Shown here in pieces: positions 34,103-47,033 of a DNA stretch of 64,000 nucleotides. Under the pieces are notes generated by a model. That model was not told where the DNA came from. It saw nothing but the letters and a program-made list of their open reading frames with translations, and ran no database searches. This DNA comes from Blepharisma stoltei ATCC 30299 (lineage: Eukaryota; Protista; Ciliophora). Position 1 is the stretch's first letter; every line of letters starts with the position of its first letter. The stretch covers positions 310,001 through 374,000 of the forward strand of contig CBFDEM010000051.1 in assembly GCA_965603825.1 (NCBI GenBank). Reading direction: 5' to 3'. Both the position numbers and the translations under genes were made by a program.

Positions 34103-34684
34103 ATGCCAGCCAAGAGAATTCTTATTCTGACAGGAGACTATGTAGAAGATTATGAAGTGATGGTCCCTTATCAAGCTTTAAGAATGGTTGGACATCATGT
34201 TGATGCTGTATGCCCAGATAAGCTTGCAGGCCAATCTGTGAGAACTGCAGTTCATGACTTTGAAGGAGCTCAAACTTATTCTGAAAAGCCAGGCCATAAT
34301 TTCGAACTCAATGCTACTTTTGCAGATATTCAAGAATCTTCTTATGACGCTCTAGTAGTTCCAGGTGGGCGTGCTCCTGAATATATAAGGCTGAACCCTA
34401 GGGTAATAGAAATTGTTCGCCACTTTGCTACCAACAATAAACCTATTGCGGTAATCTGTCATGGCATCCAAATTCTAACAGCCGCAAATGTATTGTCAGG
34501 AAGAAGTGTGACTGCATACTATGCATGTGAGCCTGAAGTTACTAATGCAGGTGGGCATTATGTTAAGAAAGGTGTCACTGAAGCACTAGTTGATGGTAAC
34601 TTAGTTACTGCTGTGGCTTGGCCTGGACATCCTGCTTGGCTAGCAGAATTCTTGAAACTTCTTGGGACGACAATTACCCTTTAA
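34103..34684 (+). CDS. DJ-1/PfpI family protein (glyoxalase III/deglycase-like), copy B
   Basis: [56 protein letters not shown]. Confidence 0.95.
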   Translation: MPAKRILILTGDYVEDYEVMVPYQALRMVGHHVDAVCPDKLAGQSVRTAVHDFEGAQTYSEKPGHNFELNATFADIQESSYDALVVPGGRAPEYIRLNPRVIEIVRHFATNNKPIAVICHGIQILTAANVLSGRSVTAYYACEPEVTNAGGHYVKKGVTEALVDGNLVTAVAWPGHPAWLAEFLKLLGTTITL

Positions 34685-34908
34685 GTTAATCGAAATTAAC
34701 TACTAAATAGACTCAAATATTTTTTTAAAAAGAAGCTTTTTACCAAATAAGTATAAAACCGCATGAGGCAGCGTTTTCTAAAAGAAATACTGATACTTAA
34801 AAAATATTAAAATGCAGCTCATATATATTTTTACAGCAGATGCAAGCAAGACTTATCATTATTTCTTACAGCCAAAGAAATTCTCCACTGTTTAATTAAT
34901 TCTTGCAA

Positions 34909-35277
34909 TTAATTAAATTTTCTAAAGCCATGAAACAATGGCATCAACGCATGCTTTATTTCATAGCATTTTTTACAGAATTTAGCACATTTGCATCCAT
35001 TACAGTAGCCCTCTGCATTTCTGCTGCAATTTGAGCACATAAAGTCAGCTACATAAAAGATACTTTTAGATAGAGAAGTATACCCAATTCATTTAACTGA
35101 ATTTTGATGTGAAGAGCTTCTATAGCTATTAGTGTCTTGAATAATTCTTTGCGAATTAGGATGTGATAACGATATATATTCAGTATTATGAAAACTTTTC
35201 GTTGAAGTCGAATAAGGATGTTTTGGCTTCCTTGCATTTGTGCAGCAACAAAGCTGGTTTATCAAATTATAAATCAT
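34909..35277 (-). CDS. Small protein with C-terminal B-box-type zinc finger (122 aa)
   Basis: From ATG 35277 through TGA 35089 to CSNCSRNAEGYCNGCKCAKFCKKCYEIKHALMPLFH, then TAA 34909-34911. Confidence 0.65.
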
Positions 35278-35333
35278 AATTATTACTTCAATTATCAATA
35301 AAAATTGTGCTAATAAATTTAATAGCTGCGGTA

Positions 35334-36293
35334 ATGGATACTCAAATAATTGTCGGAGGTCTAGCTGCATGCTTAGGGCTTGGATATCTTTTATATCGCT
35401 ATTCAGACGATGGACTATCAGATTCAGCTACTCTGACCAGAGATGATGTAGTCAGAATCCTCCAAGATCTCCGCAGTGAACTTATGAATGTCTATATCCA
35501 GATCTCTAGCTTTGTCTTGAGCATCAGAGAGCAGATGGGAGGCAGAATTCCAGACGAATACATAAAAGAGATCATTATGACTCAAACTCCGATCGGCGAT
35601 CAGATCAGCAAAGTGGAAGAGAAAGTTTATCAGAAAAATTCAATAACAAAAGAATCGTTCCAAGCAGCCTGCACAATTACTTATGCTAGTGATGATGAAG
35701 TAAAAGAACTTATGGATGAAATGAAAAAGTCTCTTGAAAATTCATTTCGTGGCGTTGCTCCTAGTTTCAGCGGAGAATTGCCTGAAATCATGACTTCTGA
35801 AAAGACATTAGAAGTATTCAAGGACATGAATGATGCAACCCTTTTAGCCATGTATGATATCATAGAAGACATAAAATCGCAAGGGATAAATGAACAAAGC
35901 CAACAATTCCAAATGGAGTTTCAAAGGCAAAGTCCAAAAATCGAAAAGGCGACATTTAAAGTTTTTGAGAAGCATGGGCTTGATGAATTAGATCAGCCAG
36001 CGACCCTTGTTATCCAGAGAGCGATCCAAGTATATAGCAAGACTGATTTCATTTTCAAACAAAGGATGTCTACATTACAGCAAGGAATAGAACAAAAAAT
36101 GCAAGCAGCAATGACAGGCAGGATATCTCCTTATGAGATAGAAGCAATAAGGGCTAGTCTGGAAGCAGGCCCGAAGGTGGAAGAGATTGAAGAAGAACCA
36201 TTAATTCAGGAGCTTGAAAACCCAAGAGAGGTGAAGGAAGAGGAGTTTAACGACGAAGAAGACTTGCTGGAAGGAGAAGTCATAGCTAAGTAA
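35334..36293 (+). CDS. Uncharacterised helical protein with N-terminal signal-anchor
   Basis: MDTQIIVGGLAACLGLGYLLYRY; intact ORF with acidic tail. Confidence 0.75.
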   Translation: MDTQIIVGGLAACLGLGYLLYRYSDDGLSDSATLTRDDVVRILQDLRSELMNVYIQISSFVLSIREQMGGRIPDEYIKEIIMTQTPIGDQISKVEEKVYQKNSITKESFQAACTITYASDDEVKELMDEMKKSLENSFRGVAPSFSGELPEIMTSEKTLEVFKDMNDATLLAMYDIIEDIKSQGINEQSQQFQMEFQRQSPKIEKATFKVFEKHGLDELDQPATLVIQRAIQVYSKTDFIFKQRMSTLQQGIEQKMQAAMTGRISPYEIEAIRASLEAGPKVEEIEEEPLIQELENPREVKEEEFNDEEDLLEGEVIAK

Positions 36294-36426
36294 TATTTAT
36301 GATATTCGCTGCGTCTCAATATTTACTCAATAGCAAGAAATTTTATAAAATTTTAATCTAAATATAATTAAAACTTTAAAGAAGCTACGTAAAAAATGCT
36401 TGAATAACAAAAATATTATTATAGAA

Positions 36427-37416
36427 ATGGCTCATTACAAAGGAGTTAGAGGAAATGCAAAACTCAAAATGATAAACCCACTATCACAATTAGAGAGATC
36501 TGATTTATTTATTGTTTTTACAAGCTTTACAAATCCATCCAATCTAGCTATGCAATTATCACATAAGCAAAATTTTTGAATGAAAAGATCAAGCGCTGAT
36601 TATAGCATCTTCAAAGATCGTTTTTATTTGATTAATTTAGACAATCTCTCTTTAGCTGAAGATAACAAAAAGTCCCAAGTGGTGTGTGAGGCCCTAAATG
36701 TCCCTGAGAATATAAAAAATATTACCTTGACCTTTCCAAGGATTGAAAACAGTGAAACTTGGATTCCTGCAATCAAGGAAGGCATTGAACAAGTTTTAAG
36801 AGGCCCAAGGCATAAAATATCACTGACTGTTTGTCTTCAAAGTAAAGAACTGGAAATTTTAAAGTACCAATTTCGGGATTCTTCTTTTTATCCTGAAATC
36901 AATGTCAACGAACTAAAGCGATTAAAAAGCCACATATTTACAAAATTTCTTTGCAATAATTGCCAAGAATTCGCGTATAAACCATATGTTACGAAGTGTT
37001 GCTACTCGATTTATTGTAATGTATGCGCGCAAAATTTCTGGTGTAGAGATTGTAGTAATAGGTGTGATTTTGAATCAAATCCTGCAATAAAAAAATTAAT
37101 TGAAGACTCGCCTTATAGCTGCAATTGTGGAATAGAAGTGAAAATCAAGGAGATGGACCAACACATGCTTGGCTGCGTTTCAAGTCTTTATAGATGCAAG
37201 TTTGAAGGCTGTGGATTTGAAGGGACTCAACTTGATATTATGAATCATGTTTTTCAATCACATAGTGAGGTAATAATAGAAAGGATGAATGAAATTAAAG
37301 CAATTGATATGAGTAAAAAATCAAACTATATTCAATGCAGACTTTGCGGAGAGTTCAGTGAAGATAGATGCGAAAATTGCCAAAAGTATCTACCAATCAG
37401 TCGAAGTTTGCAGTAA
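36427..37416 (+). CDS. RING plus TRAF/SIAH-type zinc finger protein
   Basis: Extended to ATG 36427 via TGA 36577-36579. CNNC...KCCYSIYCNVC...CRDC; HMLGC...YRCKFEGCGFEG...MNHVFQSH. Confidence 0.72.
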
Positions 37417-37520
37417 TAATGGGTAAAGAAATTATTAATGAGGCATTCTATAAATTAATAACAGTTTGCTTTAATTTTTTCATTTAAAAATCAAAGTTTA
37501 AGTATAATAGAATTTTCAGT

Positions 37521-37808
37521 TTAAAAAATTGTTAAAAAGTTTGTTGTAAGTTTAGCAAATTCTTCGAATTTACTAAAGGAAATATTCTCAATTAAATTTG
37601 AGTCGAAACCCTCAAAGACTATTTTTACATCTTCAAGCTTAAATTCATTAAGCCCACATTCTGAAACAAACCATTGAATTCCTATCAAGGCTTCCTCAAA
37701 ATTAATAAAACCATCACTATCTGCGTCTGCAAGATGAAATGCAGCATCTAAAGCTGCTGAAAAAATATGTGGATCTGCTAAAATTTCTCTTATATCAGCT
37801 AATGACAT
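37521..37808 (-). CDS. Small EF-hand protein
   Basis: DADSDGFINFEE loop plus a degenerate second loop. Confidence 0.7.
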   Translation of the reverse strand: MSLADIREILADPHIFSAALDAAFHLADADSDGFINFEEALIGIQWFVSECGLNEFKLEDVKIVFEGFDSNLIENISFSKFEEFAKLTTNFLTIF

Positions 37809-38044
37809 TTATTATCCTTGCTAGATTAGAACTCCTTTAAATTAAATTATTTCTAATCTAAGTGTTATTAGACAACTATCAATTAATGCAAGCATAATAG
37901 CTTTTAATTGAATCTATCTTTTATATTTTTATTTACGCGATTTTATTATTCAAGAGTATATGAGCTCTTCCTTTAATATAAGTTTCAACTAATTTAAAAA
38001 AGACAAATAAACAATTTAACTGATCATCTCCAAACAGATAAAAA

Positions 38045-38914
38045 ATGGAATCTGAAGAAGAGATCAGAACTGAACTAGAGACTGTGGATGATTTCTCACA
38101 AGTGCTACCAACAAAAGCCTTATATATTGCAGGTGCCTTGAAATCAAAAACATCATTATCCCCTAACATAATTCTTACATTTTTGCATAAAGTTTACTCA
38201 GACTTTAAGACAGGAAAAGTCCCTGAAGATGCCAAAGCTAAAATAGAAATTGCTTTATATAAAGGAGATTTAGGGAATGCTAAAACTTTATTAGAAAACG
38301 CATTATTTAACAGCTTATTTATTCCTCAAGAAATTCTTCAGCCTGCTGTCCAAAATAAGCCTGAAACTGCTTTTTACTGTGCCAAATGCAAATATGCAAT
38401 TCTTGATGATGACTGTATTGTCTTGGAATCATGTACTCATACATTTCATTTAAAATGCCTTACACAATATCTAAATGAAAATATTACAAAAAATACAATA
38501 AAAATTTCATGCCCAAGCTGCCATGTAGAAATTCAGCCAGGATTTTTCCAACAATATATTGATAAGAATCTGATGAGGTATTATGAAAATCTTGCATTTG
38601 AAAGATTGATTAAAAGCGGGGAAATCGGAAGAATAATTAAATGCCCTAATTACTCCTGCACTGCGCAATTTGAAATCCAGGATCAAACCACCTTAGAATG
38701 CCCTGAGTGTCACAGAAATATTTGTGGGAAATGTGAAAAAGTCCAATCAGACTGCCAATGCAACAAATATAATAATTTTTTCAGCAAATTGCAGTGCCCT
38801 TTTTGCAAAAGGCGCTGCAAAATCAACAGAAGAAAAGGGCCTTATATTTGCAAAGGATGCGATATGTGTAGAAGATGCCGAAAGGTAGTCTACAATTGCC
38901 AATGTAGAGCTTAG
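38045..38914 (+). CDS. RBR-like (RING1-IBR) E3 ubiquitin ligase
   Basis: CAKC...CTHTFHLKCL...CPSC RING; KCPNYSC...CPECHRNICGKC IBR-like; Cys-rich tail. Confidence 0.75.
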   Translation: MESEEEIRTELETVDDFSQVLPTKALYIAGALKSKTSLSPNIILTFLHKVYSDFKTGKVPEDAKAKIEIALYKGDLGNAKTLLENALFNSLFIPQEILQPAVQNKPETAFYCAKCKYAILDDDCIVLESCTHTFHLKCLTQYLNENITKNTIKISCPSCHVEIQPGFFQQYIDKNLMRYYENLAFERLIKSGEIGRIIKCPNYSCTAQFEIQDQTTLECPECHRNICGKCEKVQSDCQCNKYNNFFSKLQCPFCKRRCKINRRKGPYICKGCDMCRRCRKVVYNCQCRA

Positions 38915-38955
38915 CCATTAAATAATTTTAACTACTTTTTACATTATCGAATATT

Positions 38956-39372
38956 TTATTTCTTTTTAATAGGTGAGAAAAATCCTTCTGGGACTTCTAC
39001 GTTGGCTAAGACGCTGTCTAAATGTCCTTCAAGCTTATTCATGTGCTCATAAAATGAGTTTTTTACTTCTGTCGTCATGCAGGCTGGTTTTGGCAATGGA
39101 GGTGTTTTTGAGACATCTTTCATAATGATGGGCGGATTATTTTCTTTATTTTGATTTTGCTTTACCATCATTTTTCACACGATGCTTGGGGGTCTTCTTT
39201 CAGTTATGGATGAGCTTCTAGGTCGGTTTGCTATAGCAATATTTTTGCTGAAATACTCAGGAATCAGTTTGGCGTCTGCCTTTTTCTTGTTTAAGAATAA
39301 AGGTTTGTTAAAGTTTGCTGAAGGAGGCCGAGGCTTAATACAGTTAGGAGTAATTGTAGGCTTGAGAGACAT
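38956..39372 (-). CDS. Hypothetical basic, Pro-rich protein
   Basis: Two in-frame ORFs joined by TGA 39175-39177; ends TAA. Confidence 0.55.
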
Positions 39373-39498
39373 TTTTGATTTTAAAATTTAATTTCATAAG
39401 GTAAACATCGTATTTTGATTTATCAAAAAGAGTGCTTTTAGCTAAAAATTAATATTTAAATATATTTTGGTATCCAAATCAACTATAAGTTAATTAAA

Positions 39499-39753
39499 CT
39501 ATGGATTAACTGTTTTCTCTATTCCTTTTACCCATTTCCCCATATAAGAATCCATCATTATTCCCAAAAGCCCTTTAGGTGGTTGCTGCTCAGGTCTCAT
39601 ATAGACTTCTCCTTTGATGGTCTTTTCAATTTCATCTAAATCTTGAAGATTCCTTTGAGTAGTAATAAAAAGCTCATCTCTGAGTGCGAATGCTCCAATT
39701 ATTGAGATACCGAAGCCAGTTGTAAACAATAAAAGCTTTCGTTTTATAGCCAT
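39499..39753 (-). CDS. Small single-pass membrane protein
   Basis: 84-aa ORF with an N-terminal hydrophobic segment, filling the gap between neighbours; ends TAG. Confidence 0.55.
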   Translation of the reverse strand: MAIKRKLLLFTTGFGISIIGAFALRDELFITTQRNLQDLDEIEKTIKGEVYMRPEQQPPKGLLGIMMDSYMGKWVKGIEKTVNP

Positions 39754-39788
39754 TTTCTTATTATAAAATTTTTAGATTATATGAATAA

Positions 39789-42488
39789 TTAAAATGCAGC
39801 ATCCCATGTTTCAGGATCATTGTTATTCTGCTTTCTGGAGGAATGGGCATCTTCTTCTTCCTCTAATGAATGTAGAATATTTTCTATAGTTTTCGGATTT
39901 TTAATTGCTTTTTCAATTTCTTTATCTAAATCTGGAAGTTCTGGGATATAAGGAGTTGGTAGTAGTTTGTCCAATAGCTTTTCCCAATCAATCGATGCAA
40001 GCCAAGCATTAGCTTTTAAGTTTTCAATGCTTCCTCCATGCCTCATGGCTGGATTTTTGCTTAAAAGCTGTTCAATAACAGACCTCACGCCTACATTTTT
40101 ATTGAGCCACGGTGGAAATAAAATTCTTCTTTCAAGAATTTTTTCGTAAATTTCATAAGGCTCTTCTTCATCATTTCCAAAAGGAACACAGCCACATATA
40201 AATTCATAGAGCATTATTCCTAAGCTCCAATAGTCCACAGCAATCCCATATCCTTTTCCAATAATAATTTCAGGTGCCATATAATGCGGAGTCCCTAAAA
40301 TGGTATACGTTCTTCCTGAAACAATTTTGGCTGTCCCAAAGTCAATTAATTTTGGATACCCTTCATCATCAATCATTACATTTTCAGGCTTCAAGTCACG
40401 ATATATTATATCTCTTTCATGAAGATGCTCGAGGATGCAGAGAAGGCAAGAAGTATAAAATAATGCATCTGGCTCTTTAACAAGTCCAAGTTCTCTGAGA
40501 ACATCAAATAAGTCTAAGCCTCTTACGTATTCAAATAAAAAGTATAACCTCTTGGAGTCTTTAAAAGTCCTGACTAGCTTTAAAATGAGTGTATGGTCAA
40601 TTTCCATGAGAATATTTCTTTCTTGGAGCATCATAGCTTGGAGCTGGTATTCCTCAATTTTTGTTCTTTTTACAGCTTTAAGTGCATACAAGGATCCTTT
40701 AGTCCTATGAGTAGTTAGTAAAACTACACCAAACATGCCACGCCCAAGAACTTTGACAGGCACAAGCTCATCAATTCCTATTTTATCGTCTTGCAAAAAT
40801 ATTCTTTTTAACAATCTTGCCCTCATTGATTCATCAATAGTGCTCAAAAAATCAGATTTCCTTAATATCCAACATGAAGAATGTCCTTTAGATTTGACAG
40901 TTGCAGATCTGAATTTATCAAACATCAATGACCTTTCGCCAAAATAATCCAGCTTTTTAATTGTCCTTATCATTTGTCCATCTTTGTAAACTTCCACTTT
41001 TCCCGACTTCACAATAAAAAATGAATCTCCTGGGCTATTTTGCTGGACAATTTCAAATCCATCTTCATACTCCTGAACATATAAGACGCGGCATAAAGCT
41101 TGTAATCTTTCATTGCTCAACCCTCTCAACAACTGGATTTTTTTCATTACTTTCAAAGCTTCGTTATTTGCTGTCGCATTTGCATATCTCCCTCCAATGC
41201 AATTTTGGAACTTTTCTTTCGAAATGACAGCGCAATCAGTGTCTTCGTCTGCAAAAACATCATGTTCATAGCTCTCTGTCGTTTCATTAGTTATTTCTTC
41301 GTCGCCTAAGCACTGAAATTTTTCAATGCTGGTATCTGAATATTTTAGTTTTCCTTTTAGCACAATGACCAGTTGTCTGCCTTTTACTGAGCCTCTGCTA
41401 ACTACTCTTATGCCTGCTTCAAAAGTTTTTATTTCCATTGCAGCAATCAATGAGTTTGTCTGCTCCGTTGTCAGCTGACTTAAACTTTTGCTTTTATCAA
41501 TAGCAATTTTTTGGGAATTTTTATAAATAATTTGATGCAGGTTATTCCCAAGCACCCGAATTAATTTTTCTCTCCCAATTGCGATACAAGTGACGTTGCC
41601 ATTTGCGGTGATTGTCGCTGTTCTTGCGCTTCCATATAATAAAGCTTGATCTCCAAAATACTCGCCTGCATTCATGCGCCTTATTTCAACGCCTTTTTGT
41701 GTGCATATAACGAACCCTTCTTTTATTATATATAATAAATCTCCTGGATCTCCTTCATTAACAATGTTTTCTCGATCTGCAAACTTAAAGCTTGACAACG
41801 CAAAAACTAGTGTTTCTTTTTGTTTTGGGGTTAGGATATTGAATAATGGCACAGTATTAACAAAATTTTTATTTTCTTCATAATAAGTTGCATTAATTTT
41901 TTCAAGGGCTTTTCGAAAAGTACTTCTTGCTAGTCCTCATAAGCCAGTTTTTGTGATGGATTTTACAGTTGCGCTTCGAGCAGAATCATGCAATAATGCT
42001 AATTCTCCAAAGCTGTCCCCTGGATGGAGAACTTTGACCCTGTTACCATTGATGATGACCTCTAAATCACCACTTTCAACTACAAAAAAGTTATTTCCTG
42101 ACTGATTTTGTTCAAAAATCACCTCTGCAGGTCCTAACTCATAATAATTCATATGGGAGACTATAGCTTGATGAAGCTCTTTTCTCAATCCTTTAAATAC
42201 AAAATGTTTTCCTAGCGCTTCCAATATGCATTCATTATCTTTTTCAGTCTTAACACGATCAGAAATAACTGCATTTGGTGCATCTTGTCCCGTCTCAGCC
42301 TGATCCCTAAACGTAATTTTAATCGCTTTTTTCTTGGTACTTCTTCTATTAAAGGAGTCTCTTAAATCGCATTCCGACTTTACCTCATCTGCATATGTTG
42401 ACCTTGGTAGCTCGCTCTGCTTTTTTGAAGGATTCGGTTTTTGCTGATTTTCATTTGAGTTTTGATGAGAACTTAAACAGTTTCCCAT
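39789..42488 (-). CDS. PKG: cGMP-dependent protein kinase, second paralog
   Basis: MGNCLS; CNB motifs FGELAL, FGDQAL, FGERS; GRGMFG, YRDLKPEN; TGLW(TGA 41937)GL; ends WDAAF. Confidence 0.93.
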
Positions 42489-42503
42489 AATAAATCTGAT
42501 AAA

Positions 42504-42857
42504 ATGGAATTCAAGAAAGAAATTCCTGATTTCAAAGAGCGAAGAAATGAATTTGAAAGAATTTTAAATAATCACCCGAATAAAATTCCAATAATTTTGG
42601 AACCTGCGAAAAAAACCAAGAATGCAATTACTATTAAGCAGAACAAATTTTTAGTGCCCAAGCTGTTTACGTTCCATGAATTCTTGTTCCAGGTAAGGAA
42701 AAGAGTGGGATTGTCAAGCGGAGAAAGCTTATATGTGGCTGTGGCTGGATTTTATTTTCCTTCTTTGGATAGGACTATGATGAGCATTTATGATGAGTTT
42801 AAAGATTCTGATGGATTTTTATATGTTAATTTTAGCTCTGAAGCTGTTTGGGGGTAA
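42504..42857 (+). CDS. ATG8: Autophagy protein ATG8 family
   Basis: HPNKIPIILE, KFLVP, IYDEFKDSDGFLYVNFSSEAVWG. Confidence 0.92.
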   Translation: MEFKKEIPDFKERRNEFERILNNHPNKIPIILEPAKKTKNAITIKQNKFLVPKLFTFHEFLFQVRKRVGLSSGESLYVAVAGFYFPSLDRTMMSIYDEFKDSDGFLYVNFSSEAVWG

Positions 42858-43108
42858 ATATAATATAAATACTTGTGATTTTGATTCTGCATGGTTGATT
42901 ACTTTTTTTGCATAATTAAGTTGATTAAGATATTGTAGATACCAGCATTATTTTGAAATAAGCATTTTCTCATATAATTATATTGGTCAAGATTTATAGC
43001 ACCCTGATCCATAAAATTTACTTTTTATATGTTGTCTTTTTCTCTGAGTTATACAAATTAAATATGCATCAGCTAAGATTGGAATTTTAATTATATATTA
43101 TTTCTCGA

Positions 43109-43789
43109 ATGGAAAAAATCAGAAGCAACCCTGGCGTTATGACATCTGAAGCTCAATTAGAGCGTCTATGCGCAAGAGAAAAATGGGTAAACCCCTATGA
43201 AGTTTTACTTTTAGGCCCAGATTCGACTGATGAAGAAATCCGTTCAAAGTTCCGTAAAATTTCAGTTCTTGTCCACCCTGACAAGTGCCGTGACGACCGC
43301 GCATTGCATGCCTTTCACAGTAATTGCTAAATAGTTCTTGAATCTGCCTATAAAACTCTTCAAGACCCTGAGAAGAAAAAGACATTTCAAAGAATCATGC
43401 GAGAAGCACGAGAGCGAGTAGAATATGAGCGTAAAAAAGAAAACTGCAGGCGAGATATGCTTGGTCTAGCAAAATTACCAGAAGATACATTTTCCTCAGA
43501 GGTGCAGGACATGTGCAATAGAATTTTCAGAGAAATTGAAGAAAGGAAAATTCATTTTGATAAATATGATTTCATGGCGCATAAAAGACAGAGAGAGGAA
43601 GACGAAAGAAGAAAAGAAGAAGATGAAAGGAAGACACAGGATGAAAAGGAATGGGAAAGGTCAAGGGATAAAAGAGTCAACCAATGGAGGACTTTTACAA
43701 ATAAAAAAGACAATAAGAAGAGCAAAAAAAGGATGAGAGGATTTGAAATGAAGCCTCCAGTTGTGAGAATGGAAGAAAGAAAGAGCTAA
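43109..43789 (+). CDS. DNAJC8: J-domain protein DNAJC8/SPF31-like
   Basis: NPYEVL, ISVLVHPDK; intron 43320-43334 gives AFHILESAYKTLQDPE; WERSRDKRVNQWRTF, MKPPVVRMEER. Confidence 0.88.
43320..43334 (+). other. 15-nt intron gtaattgctaaatag
   Basis: Phase-1 GT..AG with A10; joins the two DnaJ ORFs. Confidence 0.88.
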
Positions 43790-44089
43790 ATAATAGTTGT
43801 ATAGATATAGATTGTATAAGTATAGATAGCATATTTAGATTTTCCCACTTATTCAAGTCAACGTATTTTTTCCCATATAAAATTAATATTAAATAAAATA
43901 ATTAATGATATGCCAAAATGCAGCTGAGCGCCTTGGGTTTTAAATATCAGCTCTTTACACTTAATATCAAGTTTATCTGACTTTATAATCATTATATGCA
44001 ACTATTTTATTTTCATTTTTCTTTTATTATCATTATGCTAAAAAATAAAATAGCCAAGAATTTATAAAGAAGCAGTTTGAAATTAGACA

Positions 44090-44707
44090 TTATGTCTGCC
44101 AATTATCAACTTTAGTCACTTGATCTTCTGTTCTACCTTCCTGCCTCAAAGAATGATTGGCTCCATGCTCCCATTTAAAATCTTGTCCTTTTTGGCAGAT
44201 ATATTTATATTCCAGTGTTTCACAGCTCCCTTTTTCTATTGGCACTGTTCCTTTCCAATTATCTCCTTCGCTTCATTCAAGCTTATAAGCTTTTTGGAGA
44301 TCCCAATTTCCTAATTTTTCATGATTTCCACAAACCCAAATTGATTCTCCAAAAGAAGTCCTGTAATTAATATTAAAATGCAAATTACATGTGTTTTTCC
44401 CTTTAACTTCTGGCTCATTGACTGGCTGTTTTATAGATTCAACTCTCTGCTGCTGTTTTGCAGCTTCATTTTCTGGCTTTTTTATGGTCTCTTTGACTTC
44501 CTGCTTTATAGGTTCATTTATCGGTTGCTTTCTGGTCTCAGTAGAAAATTCTTGTGCTTGAAGCTCTTCAATTCTTTCCATTTCTTTTATTTCTTCTTGT
44601 CTTTCTTCTAAGATTCCTTTTTCTATCGTTTGGTCATGCTGCTCCTGGCGTGCTCGCTGTTTTTTATTTTTTGATTTTTTTCCCGATCTCTGTTCTGATC
44701 CCTCCAT
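44090..44707 (-). CDS. CBM20 (starch/glycogen-binding) domain protein, short paralog
   Basis: FNINYRTSFGESIWVCGNHEKLGNWD...LEW(TGA 44273)SEGDNW...LEYKYIC...KWEHGANH...DNWQT-TAA. Confidence 0.88.
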
Positions 44708-45274
44708 TATTATGGAATTTATAATTAATTTTTAATAGGATCTGTTGAAATGGTAATGATAATAATATTAAGTTTAAAGATATAATAGATAAAATTAGAT
44801 TATTTATATGTCGAATTTACGATCACTTTCTTATGGTTTCTATCAACAATTTTTTTAATTAATAAAAATGGATTTAATTCGGTTAATATCAAAAGTTAAT
44901 AGTAGCGATCATATAAAAATAATTTTTTCACAAATAATATTTTATAATGCCAATATGATCCACATTAAATAATTTAACCAAATTCTCATTTTAAGAATTA
45001 ATTAATCATTTAATAAAATCCAGTTTATTCATAATTCCAGCGTATATTCATTTTATCACTTTAAATAATTTTTATTATATATTAATCTCGATTACTGGAA
45101 ACTATTCCATAAAATTTTGCCATTTCTTATTATCTTAATTTAATCTAGAGCATGGCTTTTTTAATGATCAATTTTGAATTCACAAAATCTGCTTCGAATT
45201 CTGATATTAATTAACATGAGGTTGAAAAAATGAAAGAGCTTACCATAACTATAAAATTCAATAAATAAATACTA

Positions 45275-46819
<1,545 letters not shown>

Positions 46820-47033
46820 CCCATTAACAATGTCGGATATATATATATATAAAATAGTTAATTAGATTTTTATTTAAAGATATAGTTATAATTGCATTTT
46901 TCCTTATGACACAAAAATGATTTTTTTATTCAATATTATGCCGCTAATATTATTTAACCCATAAAGACAGATTTTGCTATAGTAATCAATATTTTCAACT
47001 CAAATTTTATTTAATTATACTTTTTTAAGTTTA

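Larger units (their letters stand above)
33084..34740 (+). repeat. Tandem segmental duplication (two ~650-bp units 1009 bp apart)
   Basis: Both CDSs, the 5' ataatatttaATG and about 55 nt of 3' flank (aaattaactactaaatagactcaaatatttttttaaaaag) are duplicated. Confidence 0.9.
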
